A stretch of DNA of 64,000 bases from Abditibacteriota bacterium (GCA_942493375.1 OW818698.1:6255465-6319464), one strand, 5' to 3'; shown: positions 47,300-58,288, counted from the stretch's first letter. The notes: generated by a model from the sequence alone, not told the origin. Numbers and translations are program-made.

Positions 47300-49097
47300 A
47301 TTGAACACTCGCAGCAGGCTTCTGAATAGTATATTGGTTTATAAGGGACGGTTAGCGATGGCATTACTAGCCTCCCTTGTTGTATCAGGTTGCCAGATTG
47401 GAATGGGCAAGCTGTTGACGTGGTTTGTAGATGCTGCTAATGGTAAAGCGGCAAAAATCCCATTTATGGAATGGCTTACAGGGCGTGGGATGATTCATGG
47501 TGATCCTGACTGGGCGATGATGTTGATAGTCACTGTCGGAATCACTCTTATCTCAATACCAAAAGCTGTTTTCATGTATTTTAGCTCATATCTTGTGGCT
47601 TCCATCACAAACAGGTTGGGTGCAGATGTGCGCAGCGAGATGTATGCGCACATGCAGACTCTACCACTGCGTTTCTTCCATCGCAGTCGAATCGGTGATC
47701 TGATGTCGCGAATGAGTAACGATATCGCTGTCATACAGCAGTCCAGTCAAGTTGTTGTTCAAGCAATATATGGTCCGACAATGGTGATTGCTGGTCTCAT
47801 AGCAATGTTCACATATAGCTGGAAGATGTCGTTATTGTCGCTTGTGTGCGTTCCTCCCATGGCTATTGCGATAGATCGCATAAGCCGCAAGATCAAGGCA
47901 TTGACTCGGGTAACTCAGGAATCTCTAGGTGATGTAAGTTCCACTATTGAGGAATCCGTTCGTGGTGTCCGGATTATCAAGACGTTCGGTATGGAACAGG
48001 AAGAGATAGCTAAATTCGACGGTGTCAACAATGTCAGTCTGAGAGCTGCTCTAAAAGCAGCAAGGCGTAGTTCGCTTGTTTTGCCATCCGCTGAGCTTAT
48101 GGGAGGAGTGGCTGCTGCGCTGATTATCCTTATCGGTGGATATATGATATTCAAGAAGGAAATGACATTCGGTGATCTGACTGGATTTACTTATCTGGCG
48201 TTTATAGTTGCTGATGCGGGGAAACAGTTTGGACGGTTGAATGTTACTTACCAGCAGGTGCTTGCTGCAGGTGAGAGAATATATGAGATCGTGGATACTC
48301 GGTCTGATCTGATTGAGAAACCGGATGCTATTGAGATAACCGAACCGCTGGGTAAAGTTGAGTTCAGGGATGTTTGCTTTGAGTATAACGAGGGTGAAAA
48401 TGTTCTGGATAAACTCTCTTTCACTATAGATCCCGGGAAGATAGTTGCTATTGTTGGACCTAGTGGGGCGGGGAAATCTACTATTGCTGACCTGATACCC
48501 AGGTTCTATGATGTTACCGGCGGTAGTCTGCTGGTTGATGATATTGATGTCCGCGACCTGCAGGTCAAGTCTCTGCGCAGTATGATAGCAATGGTACCCC
48601 AGGAGACTATACTGTTCAGCGGGACAATCGGGCAAAATATAGCTTACGGCAAACCCGGAGCTTCGATGGAAGAGATTATAGAAGCTGCAAACTCAGCTAA
48701 TGCTCATGACTTTATTACTGCCCAGCTTGGTGGTTATAACACCGTTCTTGGTGAGGGTGGGGTAGGACTCTCCGGAGGGCAGCGCCAGCGTATAGCTATT
48801 GCTCGTGCCTTGTTGAAGAATCCGAAGATACTTATACTGGATGAGGCGACTTCATCATTGGATGCTGCTTCAGAGACCGCAGTTCAGGAAGCTTTGGACA
48901 GGTTGATGAAGGGACGATCTACCCTGGTTATTGCTCACCGGTTGTCTACAGTCAGGAATGCTGACCGTATTATTGTTCTGGACAAGGGTGGGGTAGCAGA
49001 ATCGGGCAGCTTTGCTGAACTGGTTGGTTCTGGCGGGACATTCTCTGAACTTTACAGGTCGCAGTACAGAAATCAGGAGGCGGAAGAGGTTGTCTAG
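47271..49097 (+). CDS. msbA: Lipid A export ABC transporter permease/ATPase MsbA
   Basis: 6-TM domain followed by Walker A GPSGAGKST, signature LSGGQRQRIAIARA and Walker B ILILDEATS. Confidence 0.8.
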   Translation: MNWPEWKADKLNTRSRLLNSILVYKGRLAMALLASLVVSGCQIGMGKLLTWFVDAANGKAAKIPFMEWLTGRGMIHGDPDWAMMLIVTVGITLISIPKAVFMYFSSYLVASITNRLGADVRSEMYAHMQTLPLRFFHRSRIGDLMSRMSNDIAVIQQSSQVVVQAIYGPTMVIAGLIAMFTYSWKMSLLSLVCVPPMAIAIDRISRKIKALTRVTQESLGDVSSTIEESVRGVRIIKTFGMEQEEIAKFDGVNNVSLRAALKAARRSSLVLPSAELMGGVAAALIILIGGYMIFKKEMTFGDLTGFTYLAFIVADAGKQFGRLNVTYQQVLAAGERIYEIVDTRSDLIEKPDAIEITEPLGKVEFRDVCFEYNEGENVLDKLSFTIDPGKIVAIVGPSGAGKSTIADLIPRFYDVTGGSLLVDDIDVRDLQVKSLRSMIAMVPQETILFSGTIGQNIAYGKPGASMEEIIEAANSANAHDFITAQLGGYNTVLGEGGVGLSGGQRQRIAIARALLKNPKILILDEATSSLDAASETAVQEALDRLMKGRSTLVIAHRLSTVRNADRIIVLDKGGVAESGSFAELVGSGGTFSELYRSQYRNQEAEEVV

Positions 49098-49761
49098 CGA
49101 GGAAGTTGTCCGCATACCGCTGAAGAAACGCCTGCAGTCCGGCTTCATATTCTGGGCATTGTGGATTGTCGCCACCGGGATAGCTGCTTCTGTGCGGTTC
49201 CGCGTATTTAACGAAGACAGATTTAATGAAGTTGCTTCCGGTGGCAAAGGCGGGTTAATACTCCTCTGGCACAGTTCTACGATACTTCCGATCTACTATT
49301 GTCGACATCGGGGGATCTATTCAATAGTCTCAATGTCGAATGATGGAGACATCCAGAACCGCCACCTGGAGAGCCGTGGATTTAAGACGATCCGCGGGTC
49401 CAGTAAACGCGGTGGTGCTCGTGCTCTGCTGGAAGCTGTCAAAGTGCTGCGTTCGGGCGGAGCGATTGCAATTACACCGGATGGCCCCAGAGGGCCTGTT
49501 CACCAGGTACAGGCCGGTGTTGTGCATATGGCGAGGCATTCCGGTTGTGCTATCTTGCCTGTTGGTGTGGCGTGTCGTCCCTGTAAACGGGCTGAAAAGG
49601 CCTGGGACAGGTTTATGATACCGTTGCCTTTTGCTAAATCTGTGCTGTATTTCGGTGATTACCTTTATGTTGGAGCGGATGATGACGATGAGACATCGGC
49701 TAAGCGTATAGAAGATGCTATAAATGAAGCTGAGAGACTGGCTGAAGAGGCTTTAGGATGA
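49090..49761 (+). CDS. DUF374 lysophospholipid-acyltransferase-like protein (commonly paired with waaA); TTG start
   Basis: The GGAAGAGG RBS followed by TTG overlaps the msbA stop. The protein has a TM segment and lies immediately upstream of waaA. Confidence 0.5.
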   Translation: MSSEEVVRIPLKKRLQSGFIFWALWIVATGIAASVRFRVFNEDRFNEVASGGKGGLILLWHSSTILPIYYCRHRGIYSIVSMSNDGDIQNRHLESRGFKTIRGSSKRGGARALLEAVKVLRSGGAIAITPDGPRGPVHQVQAGVVHMARHSGCAILPVGVACRPCKRAEKAWDRFMIPLPFAKSVLYFGDYLYVGADDDDETSAKRIEDAINEAERLAEEALG

Positions 49762-51044
49762 TTTTCTGGATATATAATCTTGCACTGCTTCTGCTCAGTC
49801 CCTTAGTCGTTCTATTTGTTCTTTATCGGATATTTGTTTCGAAGAAATCTGGTAAGGCCTGGCGTGATCAGCTGGGGCTTGTTAGTGTTCCCCGTGAGAT
49901 CGCTGAAAAGAAGCCGGTGTGGATTCATGCGGTGTCAGTAGGGGAGTCTGTTGCCAGCGCGGCTGTTGTTGCTGAGCTCAAAACCATGTCTCCTGAGACG
50001 CCTGTTGTTGTCTCTACGACTACACAGACTGGTCGTTCTCAAGCTGAAAAAAGCATCAAAAATGCTGATGCGTTTATATACTATCCTTTCGATATCCTCC
50101 CTTGCGTTGCTAATTCTATCAAGCAGGTGAACCCTTCTGTGTTTGCCAGCACTGATACCGAAATATGGCCTAATTTCCGGCATGTATTGAGATCACGAAA
50201 AGTCCGAAGCGCACTTATCAACGGGACGATATCTGATCACACATTGAATGGCGCCGCGAAATTACCGTGGCTCTACCGATGGGCGTTGGGGAATATGGAT
50301 ATGTTCTGCATGCAGAGCCAGGAGGATGCTGACAGAGTTGTCTCGATCGGCGCAGATCCTGCCAAAGTTACGGTGACCGGCAATATCAAATGGGACCAGG
50401 CTCTATCTGATCTTGATGGGTTGGATATTGAGCTACTACGGCAGAGATATAAGGTCACTGAAGGAACCCCGGTGTTTGTTGCCGGAAGCACTAATCCTGG
50501 CGAGGACGCACCTGTTCTTGATGCTTTTCTACTGGCACGGAGAGAGAACCCCAATTTACGGATAGTAATAGCTCCCAGGCAGATTGAACGCAAGGATGAA
50601 ATAGTTCAGCTTGCAAAGGAACGTGGGCTGACTTCGTCATGGCGAAGTCAACCTGATACCATCACGGGTAAAGAGGATGTTCTTGTTCTTGACACCTTTG
50701 GGGAGTTAGCGAAGATATATGCCCTGGCGCAGGTTACATTTGTTGGTGGGAGCTTGATTCCCAGGGGCTGCCACAGTATTTTACAGCCAATTACTCTGGG
50801 TAAACCGGTGTTTTTTGGTCCCCATACATTCAAAGCCCGTGACGTTACCAGTCAGGCTGAAAGAGCGGGAGTTGGATTCCGGATACATTCGGCAGATGAA
50901 TTGGGAACGCAAATCACTGCCTTGCTTTCGGATTCGGACAAGCTGATGGATATCGAGCGCAGATGCCGTGAACTTGTTGATGCAAACCATGGTGCTGCTG
51001 TAAAAACCGCTGAAACCTTGCTAACCCGCATTACTCAAGGATAA
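49758..51044 (+). CDS. waaA: 3-deoxy-D-manno-octulosonic acid (Kdo) transferase
   Basis: VWIHAVSVGESVASAAVVAELK... is the KdtA N-terminal signature; 428 aa. Confidence 0.8.
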   Translation: MIFWIYNLALLLLSPLVVLFVLYRIFVSKKSGKAWRDQLGLVSVPREIAEKKPVWIHAVSVGESVASAAVVAELKTMSPETPVVVSTTTQTGRSQAEKSIKNADAFIYYPFDILPCVANSIKQVNPSVFASTDTEIWPNFRHVLRSRKVRSALINGTISDHTLNGAAKLPWLYRWALGNMDMFCMQSQEDADRVVSIGADPAKVTVTGNIKWDQALSDLDGLDIELLRQRYKVTEGTPVFVAGSTNPGEDAPVLDAFLLARRENPNLRIVIAPRQIERKDEIVQLAKERGLTSSWRSQPDTITGKEDVLVLDTFGELAKIYALAQVTFVGGSLIPRGCHSILQPITLGKPVFFGPHTFKARDVTSQAERAGVGFRIHSADELGTQITALLSDSDKLMDIERRCRELVDANHGAAVKTAETLLTRITQG

Positions 51045-51134
51045 CTCAACTCTTATCTGAACTGCATGATAAACTGAAGCTTCGTGAATAACACAGGCTA
51101 ATAGCCTGATAATTCTGCTCTCGGAGGATCATAT

Positions 51135-53378
51135 ATGCCCAGCTATTTAGTTCCAGTTGTTCTCTTGATGACAATACTACAAATACCTGCACACTCTCAG
51201 GTTAGGTGGTTGGACGGTACTAAAGCCAATGCTCCGCAGGGAGCCTTGTTGACCCCTAATGTGGATTATTATGGGGAGTGTGTTTCCACGGGAGTTACAT
51301 ATGAATATGAGACCCCTCAGGTTGGTAAGGCTGATGCTCCTGATGATGACAAAGCGTTTCTCGGAAAGCGGTTATTTGATGGGGTTCAGGACTACTGGTA
51401 TTCAAGACCGGCTGGGCCTACACTGCAATCGCCGGGATCGGTTATATTCGACTTCAAGAGAGTCTGCAAGTTCAATGAGATTGATTTACTCAGCGAGACC
51501 AAACATGCAAGATTTCAAGTCGAAGTGTCATCAGATAAATTCAAATGGAAAACTGTTTATGATTCCAAGGAAAAGGTTGCTTCCACATCAGCATTCCGCC
51601 GTCTAGCTGTAAAAGCATCCGGGCGTTATCTGCGGTTGAGAGTTGAGACTGACGGTACAATCAACCTTGCTGAAGCCTGGGTATGGGGTAATGTCAGGAT
51701 GTCTGAAAAGGACTACGCTGATTTAGGCATGCGCAGCACACTTGACCTGCAAAAGGCTGAGGGACTGCAGGGGATACCTGCAACCAAGGTCAGTGATAGT
51801 GATTATGCGAAGTGGTTGACTGAGCTCAAAGCCTGCGAGGCAAATAAGAGCCTAGCTGTCTGGTCACAGGTGTTTCCGTGGAACTCACTTGCATCTGGTC
51901 CGATACTTCCCAACAGAACATTAATAAACAAATCACTTGATGCAGTCATGTGTCGAAATGAAGCTGAGCCTGTTGCTGTCTACCTGACCAATACCAGTCG
52001 GAATCGTGTGAGAACTCTCAATTTGGAGCTGTCCGGTTTTGTTGATGCAAGCGGTAAACTTGCCCGCAGTATTACAGGTGAGCTCCATATCTTTGGTGTT
52101 CAACAGTCTAAGGCATTCGGGCCTACTCCATATGTATTGTTATCGGAGAACAATAAGCCGGGCAGGGATGTGCTCCGCAGATATTGCCTGAATGCTGCTC
52201 AGGTTATGGACTTTCCGACTGTGAGGCTCTCTCCTGCAGGCAGTGCAATATTATGGGTGAAAATTCGTACAGATAACTGTCTTCCTGGCAAATATAGTGC
52301 TGTTCTGAGCTGCAAAGAGGGACCATCAATCAGGCTTGACGTCAATGTCGCAGATATTATCCTCCCACACCCCAAAGTCTGGGTTAACTACTGGACAAAT
52401 GAGACCAATATGGCCCCTTTCAGAGCGGTTGACTGGGTGGACAAGGAAGCCCGGGTCCGAAAAGAAATGGGAATGAATGTTGTTGACGGTTGGCCTGAGG
52501 GTGGAACAGGTGCTGAAGCCCTTTACAAGATCAACAAGCAGACTCTCTTCAAGATATGGGGAATGGGCACCTATGGATACAAATTGTGGTCTGTCGGGCA
52601 TCAGGACCTGAAGTTTGGAATATCTGACTTTACACCGGATATGCGTGAGGATCTGAAGAACATTATCAGAGCTCATGCCCACGCGGCATCGCTATTCCAC
52701 CTTGATTATTCGCAGTGGTTTATTGAGACAGCTGATGAGCCCAATCCGAAGTGTCTGGACTTGTTCGGAGAGATGGCTAAGGTCTGTAAAGAAGCAGATC
52801 CGAATGTGATGATTTATGCTAATCCCTGCGGATGGCTCGGGCTGCCTGACAAGGTTGTTGAGGATGACTCAACGATGTACCCTACTATGAAAGACTGGTA
52901 TAACAAATATATCGACATATCAGTGCCGGGTTTCTTGAACCTGATTGATGCGCCTAATACATACAAGCTCTATACTGCTCCACGGTCATATAACGCCCTT
53001 TATGATGTGATGGGCAGCAAGACAAGGTCTGACAATTCCTATGGTCTGATCAATTATCCGAGGTACCTTGCGTGGCTGGCGATCCGTCACGGGATGAACG
53101 GTTGGGCATACTACTCGATATACCAGCCCAGAGGGAATCCGTGGGACGATAACGATCAACCCGAACCGGACTATTTGACCATTTTGCCCGGTCCAAACGG
53201 TCCAGTTATATCACGTGGTTCAGAAGCATCAGGTGAAGCATATGAAGATTATTGCTTGATGAGTCTTTTGAAGGATCGCAAGCCTGATGTTCACGCAAGG
53301 CTGATAAGTGAATGGCTGGTGGCTGGTAACTATGAATCTGCCAGGAACCAGGCTATTCAGGCGCTGAGTGGTAAGTAG
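51135..53378 (+). CDS. Secreted protein with an N-terminal discoidin (F5/8 type C)-like domain and a large C-terminal glycoside-hydrolase-like domain (hypothetical)
   Basis: Signal peptide. FDGVQDYWYS...FKRVCKFNEIDL...YLRLRVETDG resembles a discoidin/CBM. 747 aa. Confidence 0.4.
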   Translation: MPSYLVPVVLLMTILQIPAHSQVRWLDGTKANAPQGALLTPNVDYYGECVSTGVTYEYETPQVGKADAPDDDKAFLGKRLFDGVQDYWYSRPAGPTLQSPGSVIFDFKRVCKFNEIDLLSETKHARFQVEVSSDKFKWKTVYDSKEKVASTSAFRRLAVKASGRYLRLRVETDGTINLAEAWVWGNVRMSEKDYADLGMRSTLDLQKAEGLQGIPATKVSDSDYAKWLTELKACEANKSLAVWSQVFPWNSLASGPILPNRTLINKSLDAVMCRNEAEPVAVYLTNTSRNRVRTLNLELSGFVDASGKLARSITGELHIFGVQQSKAFGPTPYVLLSENNKPGRDVLRRYCLNAAQVMDFPTVRLSPAGSAILWVKIRTDNCLPGKYSAVLSCKEGPSIRLDVNVADIILPHPKVWVNYWTNETNMAPFRAVDWVDKEARVRKEMGMNVVDGWPEGGTGAEALYKINKQTLFKIWGMGTYGYKLWSVGHQDLKFGISDFTPDMREDLKNIIRAHAHAASLFHLDYSQWFIETADEPNPKCLDLFGEMAKVCKEADPNVMIYANPCGWLGLPDKVVEDDSTMYPTMKDWYNKYIDISVPGFLNLIDAPNTYKLYTAPRSYNALYDVMGSKTRSDNSYGLINYPRYLAWLAIRHGMNGWAYYSIYQPRGNPWDDNDQPEPDYLTILPGPNGPVISRGSEASGEAYEDYCLMSLLKDRKPDVHARLISEWLVAGNYESARNQAIQALSGK

Positions 53379-53410
53379 GTTGGTGTTCGGCTGTCTGGGT
53401 AGGAATTTGG

Positions 53411-53552
53411 GGACGGCAGGCTGGAAGCCTGCATCACAATAGTTACTCTGCTGGTGATTGTCATCCTGAGGAATGAAGGATCTGCTTTTACGTGTGGATT
53501 ACACTGGCACAGCAGATCCTTCGTTCCTCAGGATGACAGAGGGGTCAGGATG
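53411..53552. repeat. Family-2 palindromic repeat between convergent genes
   Basis: GGGGACGGCAGGCTGGAAGCCTGCATCACAAT + GTCATCCTGAGGAATGAAGGATCTGC...GCAGATCCTTCGTTCCTCAGGATGAC. Confidence 0.6.
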
Positions 53553-53564
53553 ACACGGATGGGA

Positions 53565-54356
53565 TTACATCTTTGTTACTGTGGTATCCATCTGTGATTT
53601 TAGGCGGGTGATCGAGGCTGGGGCCTTTTTTGTTTTCGGGATTATTATTGTGGTTGTTGATGTCAGGGAACCTGTAACTTTGGCTAATTTGCAGTCCTTG
53701 CGGTCCAGCAGATACGTTCCAGCGCCTTGTATCTGAGCTTTAGCTGTGCTGCCTGGTGTTGGTGTTTTGCCCTCAGAGAGTATCCTGGACATATCGACTA
53801 CTCCTGAATAGGCTTGGACTATTTTATGGACTTTTTTGCCATTGGTGCTGGATGTTATTCCTTTGTAAGTAGCTGTGGCTTTCAGACTGCCAATGTTTCC
53901 GGGCAATGCGACAGTCGTTGACCATGTATCACCTACCGAAACTCTCTTTTTAGGCAGAACGATTGCTGTACCTTCTGAGGTTCCAGGTAAACTGCCTTTC
54001 TTACCGAGGTATTCCCCCAGGTTACTAATCACCACATTGCGGTCGAGTGGAGGGATTCTTTTGATGTCGTTTCCAATTCCCTTGATAGTTAGTGAAACTG
54101 CTGCTGAACCATCTTTATTGGTTTTTATAACTTTTTGAATCATCATAATGTTGACAGTATCTGTAGATGCTGGTGTGGAAGCAGCACCTGGGGTATCGCT
54201 GGGAATTGATTGCTCAGTCTTTACGACAACCCGATATTTATCCGTCTGACCTGCTCTGAAACGGTATTCCAGTTTCACAGGTCTGGCAAATGCCGGCGCC
54301 AGAGAAATAGCCAGCAGTATTGTGCCCAGCATTATGTTTATAATCTTTCTTGTCAT
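53565..54356 (-). CDS. Secreted hypothetical protein
   Basis: Signal peptide KIINIMLGTILLAISLAPAFA, followed by a Ser/Thr/Gly/Lys-rich region predicted to be beta. Confidence 0.35.
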   Translation of the reverse strand: MTRKIINIMLGTILLAISLAPAFARPVKLEYRFRAGQTDKYRVVVKTEQSIPSDTPGAASTPASTDTVNIMMIQKVIKTNKDGSAAVSLTIKGIGNDIKRIPPLDRNVVISNLGEYLGKKGSLPGTSEGTAIVLPKKRVSVGDTWSTTVALPGNIGSLKATATYKGITSSTNGKKVHKIVQAYSGVVDMSRILSEGKTPTPGSTAKAQIQGAGTYLLDRKDCKLAKVTGSLTSTTTIIIPKTKKAPASITRLKSQMDTTVTKM

Positions 54357-54433
54357 TTGTTCCTCCAGAAGCACTAATTCGCAAGTGCTTATAGTTTCAT
54401 TGGTATGTCAGCCTGGCATAATGGTTGGAAAAA

Positions 54434-55465
54434 CTATTTTTGAAGCTCCTCATAGAAAGGCTTTAATACTCTGTCTATCGATTTACGGCTTTCTCCGTAG
54501 TCTACTACTTGCCTTATACCGAAGTATGAGCGTTTGGTCTGACTGAGAATTGTAAGGCCGGTACCGCTGTCAAGAGACTTGAGTTGAATGTCCAGGTCCT
54601 GACCTGCACTGAGACTCAGGATTCCACCTTTCCACTTGGCCTCTATTTTGCCGGTAGTTTTGTCCTGCTTGTGAAGCGAGGTGTTTTTTGCACGCTTGAT
54701 GACCCGGATCATTGCATCATATGCTTTGTCGTAGGATGTACGAATCTGAGCCTGATACGTTGCAGAATGACTGTTAGGCCTGGCCCAGTCTACAAACTGA
54801 AGTAGATCACTTGCCTCTTTAAATCCGGGGTCTTTTTTTGAGGCTTCTTTTAATTCTTTTGAAGCAGCGTCCATATCTCCCTTGTCCATTGCGGAAACAC
54901 CTTTGGAATAGGACTCATACGCTCCTATATCGCTTGTTGGCTTCTCAGTGACCTTCTCACGCACTTCGGCGGTGATCGTAACCCCAAGGGTATCAAGTAG
55001 TTTTTCAGCAAGTTTGTCCTGGACGGAAAAAATATCGTCAATTTTTCCGTCTGCCTGGGTTGCGTTGGATATTTCTCCGGTTTCCGGGGTTACAAACCTG
55101 GCGGTCAGCCTGATCTGTTCACCGGATTTTTGGAACGAACCCATTACAACCATTTGGGCACCAAGAAGCTTACCGAGTTTGGTTGCGGATGAGGGTTCGA
55201 CCAGCCCGGACTCCTGCAACTTGAGTTCCTTGAGAGCGTCGTTTAACCGCATTCGTTCGACCAGGGACAGCGATGGCACCTGGGATAGCTTGACTGTTAA
55301 GGTTTCTCCGATTCCAACAGATAACCAGTCATTATTGGGATCTTTATTGATATTGGTAAAGGAGGTAACGGCAATTACCTTGCGCGCCGACTTCTCAGCG
55401 GCAGGCAAGACGGTTGAATGACTTAACAAGATAACTACAGACAATACTATCAGCAGAGTTTTCAT
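54434..55465 (-). CDS. Secreted protein with CsgG/LpoB-like N-terminal domain
   Basis: KVIAVTSFTNINKDPNNDWLSVGIGETLTVKL...VERMRLNDALKELKLQESGLV...LGAQMVVMGSF matches the CsgG-family N-terminal fold signature. Confidence 0.4.
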   Translation of the reverse strand: MKTLLIVLSVVILLSHSTVLPAAEKSARKVIAVTSFTNINKDPNNDWLSVGIGETLTVKLSQVPSLSLVERMRLNDALKELKLQESGLVEPSSATKLGKLLGAQMVVMGSFQKSGEQIRLTARFVTPETGEISNATQADGKIDDIFSVQDKLAEKLLDTLGVTITAEVREKVTEKPTSDIGAYESYSKGVSAMDKGDMDAASKELKEASKKDPGFKEASDLLQFVDWARPNSHSATYQAQIRTSYDKAYDAMIRVIKRAKNTSLHKQDKTTGKIEAKWKGGILSLSAGQDLDIQLKSLDSGTGLTILSQTKRSYFGIRQVVDYGESRKSIDRVLKPFYEELQK

Positions 55466-56532
55466 GGCATACTCTCCTCTGTTGTTTGTTTTATATAAGA
55501 CTTTGGTGACCGACAGAATGCAGTCAAGACCTCATCAGGTGTATCTCTTGGAACTTCACATCCGGGACTTAACATATACCTGCTGCCAGCGGCTCTGGAA
55601 ATGAGATTGTGGCAGTGTTTTTCACAGGTTACTGGATCGGATTGCAGGAGTTCAGTTACAGGATCAAGGTTGCCTTTAAAGCAGCGTCCCGCTGCGCTGT
55701 ACGCTGCCAGGGCTTTGTCAAAGTCTACCATATGGTCTACATTATAAAGATCAGCGCCAGCTGTTGACATATAAGGCAGGTGACCCTCTGTGTTTCCACA
55801 GACATGCAGTTTTACTCTCCCACCAGCCTGGTGTATTGCATCACAGACCATCTGTTCATATGGCAGAGCGAACTCTTTATACATATCGGGAGATATAAGA
55901 GAAGCTGCGGCGTCTCCTGCTCCGACCATGTCTGCCCCGGCTTCTAATTGCGCTAAAGAGAACTGGATTTCGATTTTTGTAAGGAAAAGCAGTATCTCAT
56001 GGGCAAGTGTCGGGTTTTCCATAACAAGCATCATGAAATTGACCATTCCACATACACTGCAGGCTTCGGCATACGGCATTTCGACCCACCCGAGGACAGC
56101 GCATTTATCACCGACGTATTTGGACATTTCTCTGACTGCCTTGACTCTATCCGCCATACGGCCTTTGGTTGGATCTGGTATAACAAGCGATTTGAAATCC
56201 TGTTCTGTTTGGACAAGTGGTTGTGCCAGATAAGGTGTACCTTCTTCAGGAAAGACAGCTTCACCTCCAAGATCAGATGCAACTCTGAAAGCATCCGAGC
56301 AGGCTGTGATTGCATCCATAGGGAACTTGTCCAGCATTAACAGCTGTGCCTGGGCAAGTGCTCTTCCGTTGGTTGCGAATTCTCTATATGAAATCCCGGC
56401 GTGTTTAGCAGAAATGAACATCAGAAGTGGAAACACCGGGACACGGTCAGTCGGCTTGCCTTCGAGTGTATGTATAAATCTGGTTTTACCTGACATTTCC
56501 ATATAACTACCTATAACCTCACATGTCTGCAA
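55462..56532 (-). CDS. Uroporphyrinogen decarboxylase (URO-D) superfamily protein, second paralogue
   Basis: 356 aa. TRFIHTLEGKPTDRVPVFPL... and ...LHVCGNTEGHLPYMSTAGADLYNVD have URO-D/MtaA-like topology. Confidence 0.5.
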   Translation of the reverse strand: MQTCEVIGSYMEMSGKTRFIHTLEGKPTDRVPVFPLLMFISAKHAGISYREFATNGRALAQAQLLMLDKFPMDAITACSDAFRVASDLGGEAVFPEEGTPYLAQPLVQTEQDFKSLVIPDPTKGRMADRVKAVREMSKYVGDKCAVLGWVEMPYAEACSVCGMVNFMMLVMENPTLAHEILLFLTKIEIQFSLAQLEAGADMVGAGDAAASLISPDMYKEFALPYEQMVCDAIHQAGGRVKLHVCGNTEGHLPYMSTAGADLYNVDHMVDFDKALAAYSAAGRCFKGNLDPVTELLQSDPVTCEKHCHNLISRAAGSRYMLSPGCEVPRDTPDEVLTAFCRSPKSYIKQTTEESMP

Positions 56533-56767
56533 TATTATACTACGTGAGTGATAAAACGAGATAGGGGAACCGAAAACAATAATGCTATAAGCGAATTAAT
56601 CCGATTTCGCATATCGTTTCATACAAATATATTTAACCGCTAAACACGCCAAATACGCGAAAATGGGAGTCATTGTCGAGGATAAGCGCGAACGGGAATG
56701 GCTGGTTTGATAGCGATATTGGGTTCCTTAAGAACTCTTGCAAAATTCTCTATTCCTATGGCATAAT

Positions 56768-58288
56768 ATGCGCATGAATCTTTATGTTACGCTAAAAGAT
56801 GCCGTGCAGAAATCTCCCAATGCAACGGCCTTAATATTTAAAGACCAGAAGACTACTTACACAGAATTACTCTCAACTATAGACCGATTTTCAACAGGGC
56901 TGGCACGTCTGGGTGTCTCGAGAGGGGACAAAATAGCGCTGATGATGCGCAACTCTCCGGAATTTGTGATAGCCTACTATGCAGCGGTCAAGTTGGGAGC
57001 GGTTGTTGTTCCACTCAACTTTATGCTTAAACCTCGTGAAGTGGAATACATACTTTCCAACAGTGGTGCTATGGGCGTTGTGGCACAGACAACTTATGTT
57101 CCGATAATACAGACTGCAGTAGAAAACATGTCTGAGTTCCGGTTCATTGTCTCATGCACGGAAGCTGAGGGTGCGATACCATTCAATGATCTGATGACTC
57201 AGGACATTGCTTCGGAATCAACAGAAGTTGGTCGGTCGGATCTGGCAACCATTTTGTATACATCGGGCACTACAGGTAAGCCAAAGGGTGCGATGCTTAC
57301 GCATGGGAACTTGATGTCCAATGTGGATTCGTGTACTGAGGCATTGCTTGCAGGTCCTGATGATGTGTTTTTGTGCCTGCTGCCGATGTTCCATACGTTC
57401 GCGTGGACAACTTGTGTCTTGTTGCCGCTTGCATTAGGTCTGCCGACAGTAATCATTGAATCTATTCAACCTTTCCAGGAAGTCGCGGCTCAGATTATAC
57501 AGCATAAAGTTACCCTGCTAATAGCTGTTCCTCCTATATTTGGTGCGATGGCCAGAATGCCATTTGGTAAAGAATCGGCATCTGCACTGCCTCTACGGAC
57601 TTGTGTCGCTGGTGCAGCGCCATTGCCAGGTGCAGTAAAAGCCGCTTTCGAGGATAAGTTTGGAATTCCGCTCATAGAGGGATATGGCCTCACGGAAGCT
57701 AGTCCAGTTGTGTGTCTCAATCCTCTCAGAGGAGAGAATCGGACTGGAACTGCGGGAGTATGTATTCCCGGGGTTGAGGTCAAAATTGTTGTTGAAGATG
57801 GTTCTGATGCAACGGGGTCGGATGTCGGCGAGATCTGTGTCCGTGGCGATAATGTGATGGTTGGTTATTACAACGATCCGGAATCCACTAAGGATGCTCT
57901 AGATGATGATGGTTGGCTGCACACCGGTGATGTTGGTAGGATTCAGCAAGGTGGATATATAGAGATCGTTGACCGCAAGAAAGATATGATCATAGTTAAG
58001 GGATTTAACGTTTATTCTCGAGAGGTTGAGGATGTCCTTATGATGCATCCTAACGTCGAGGAGTGCGCAGTGATAGGGATCCCGGACGAACATGGAGATG
58101 AGCTTGTAAAAGCCTTCGTTGCCCCAAAAGAAGATAAAATGGTCGATAAAACCGAACTCCTGGCTCTATGCCGAGAACACCTGGCCTCCTACAAGATGCC
58201 AAGGCAGATAACTATGACAACAATCCTACCCAAAAACGCAGTAGGAAAGATACTAAAACGTGAACTAAGGTCTGCGGTGACGGATTAG
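56768..58288 (+). CDS. Long-chain fatty-acid--CoA ligase (AMP-binding superfamily)
   Basis: AMP-binding motif ILYTSGTTGKPKGAMLTHGNL... plus YGLTEA, GEICVRG, GWLHTGD and C-terminal PKNAVGKILKREL. Confidence 0.85.
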   Translation: MRMNLYVTLKDAVQKSPNATALIFKDQKTTYTELLSTIDRFSTGLARLGVSRGDKIALMMRNSPEFVIAYYAAVKLGAVVVPLNFMLKPREVEYILSNSGAMGVVAQTTYVPIIQTAVENMSEFRFIVSCTEAEGAIPFNDLMTQDIASESTEVGRSDLATILYTSGTTGKPKGAMLTHGNLMSNVDSCTEALLAGPDDVFLCLLPMFHTFAWTTCVLLPLALGLPTVIIESIQPFQEVAAQIIQHKVTLLIAVPPIFGAMARMPFGKESASALPLRTCVAGAAPLPGAVKAAFEDKFGIPLIEGYGLTEASPVVCLNPLRGENRTGTAGVCIPGVEVKIVVEDGSDATGSDVGEICVRGDNVMVGYYNDPESTKDALDDDGWLHTGDVGRIQQGGYIEIVDRKKDMIIVKGFNVYSREVEDVLMMHPNVEECAVIGIPDEHGDELVKAFVAPKEDKMVDKTELLALCREHLASYKMPRQITMTTILPKNAVGKILKRELRSAVTD

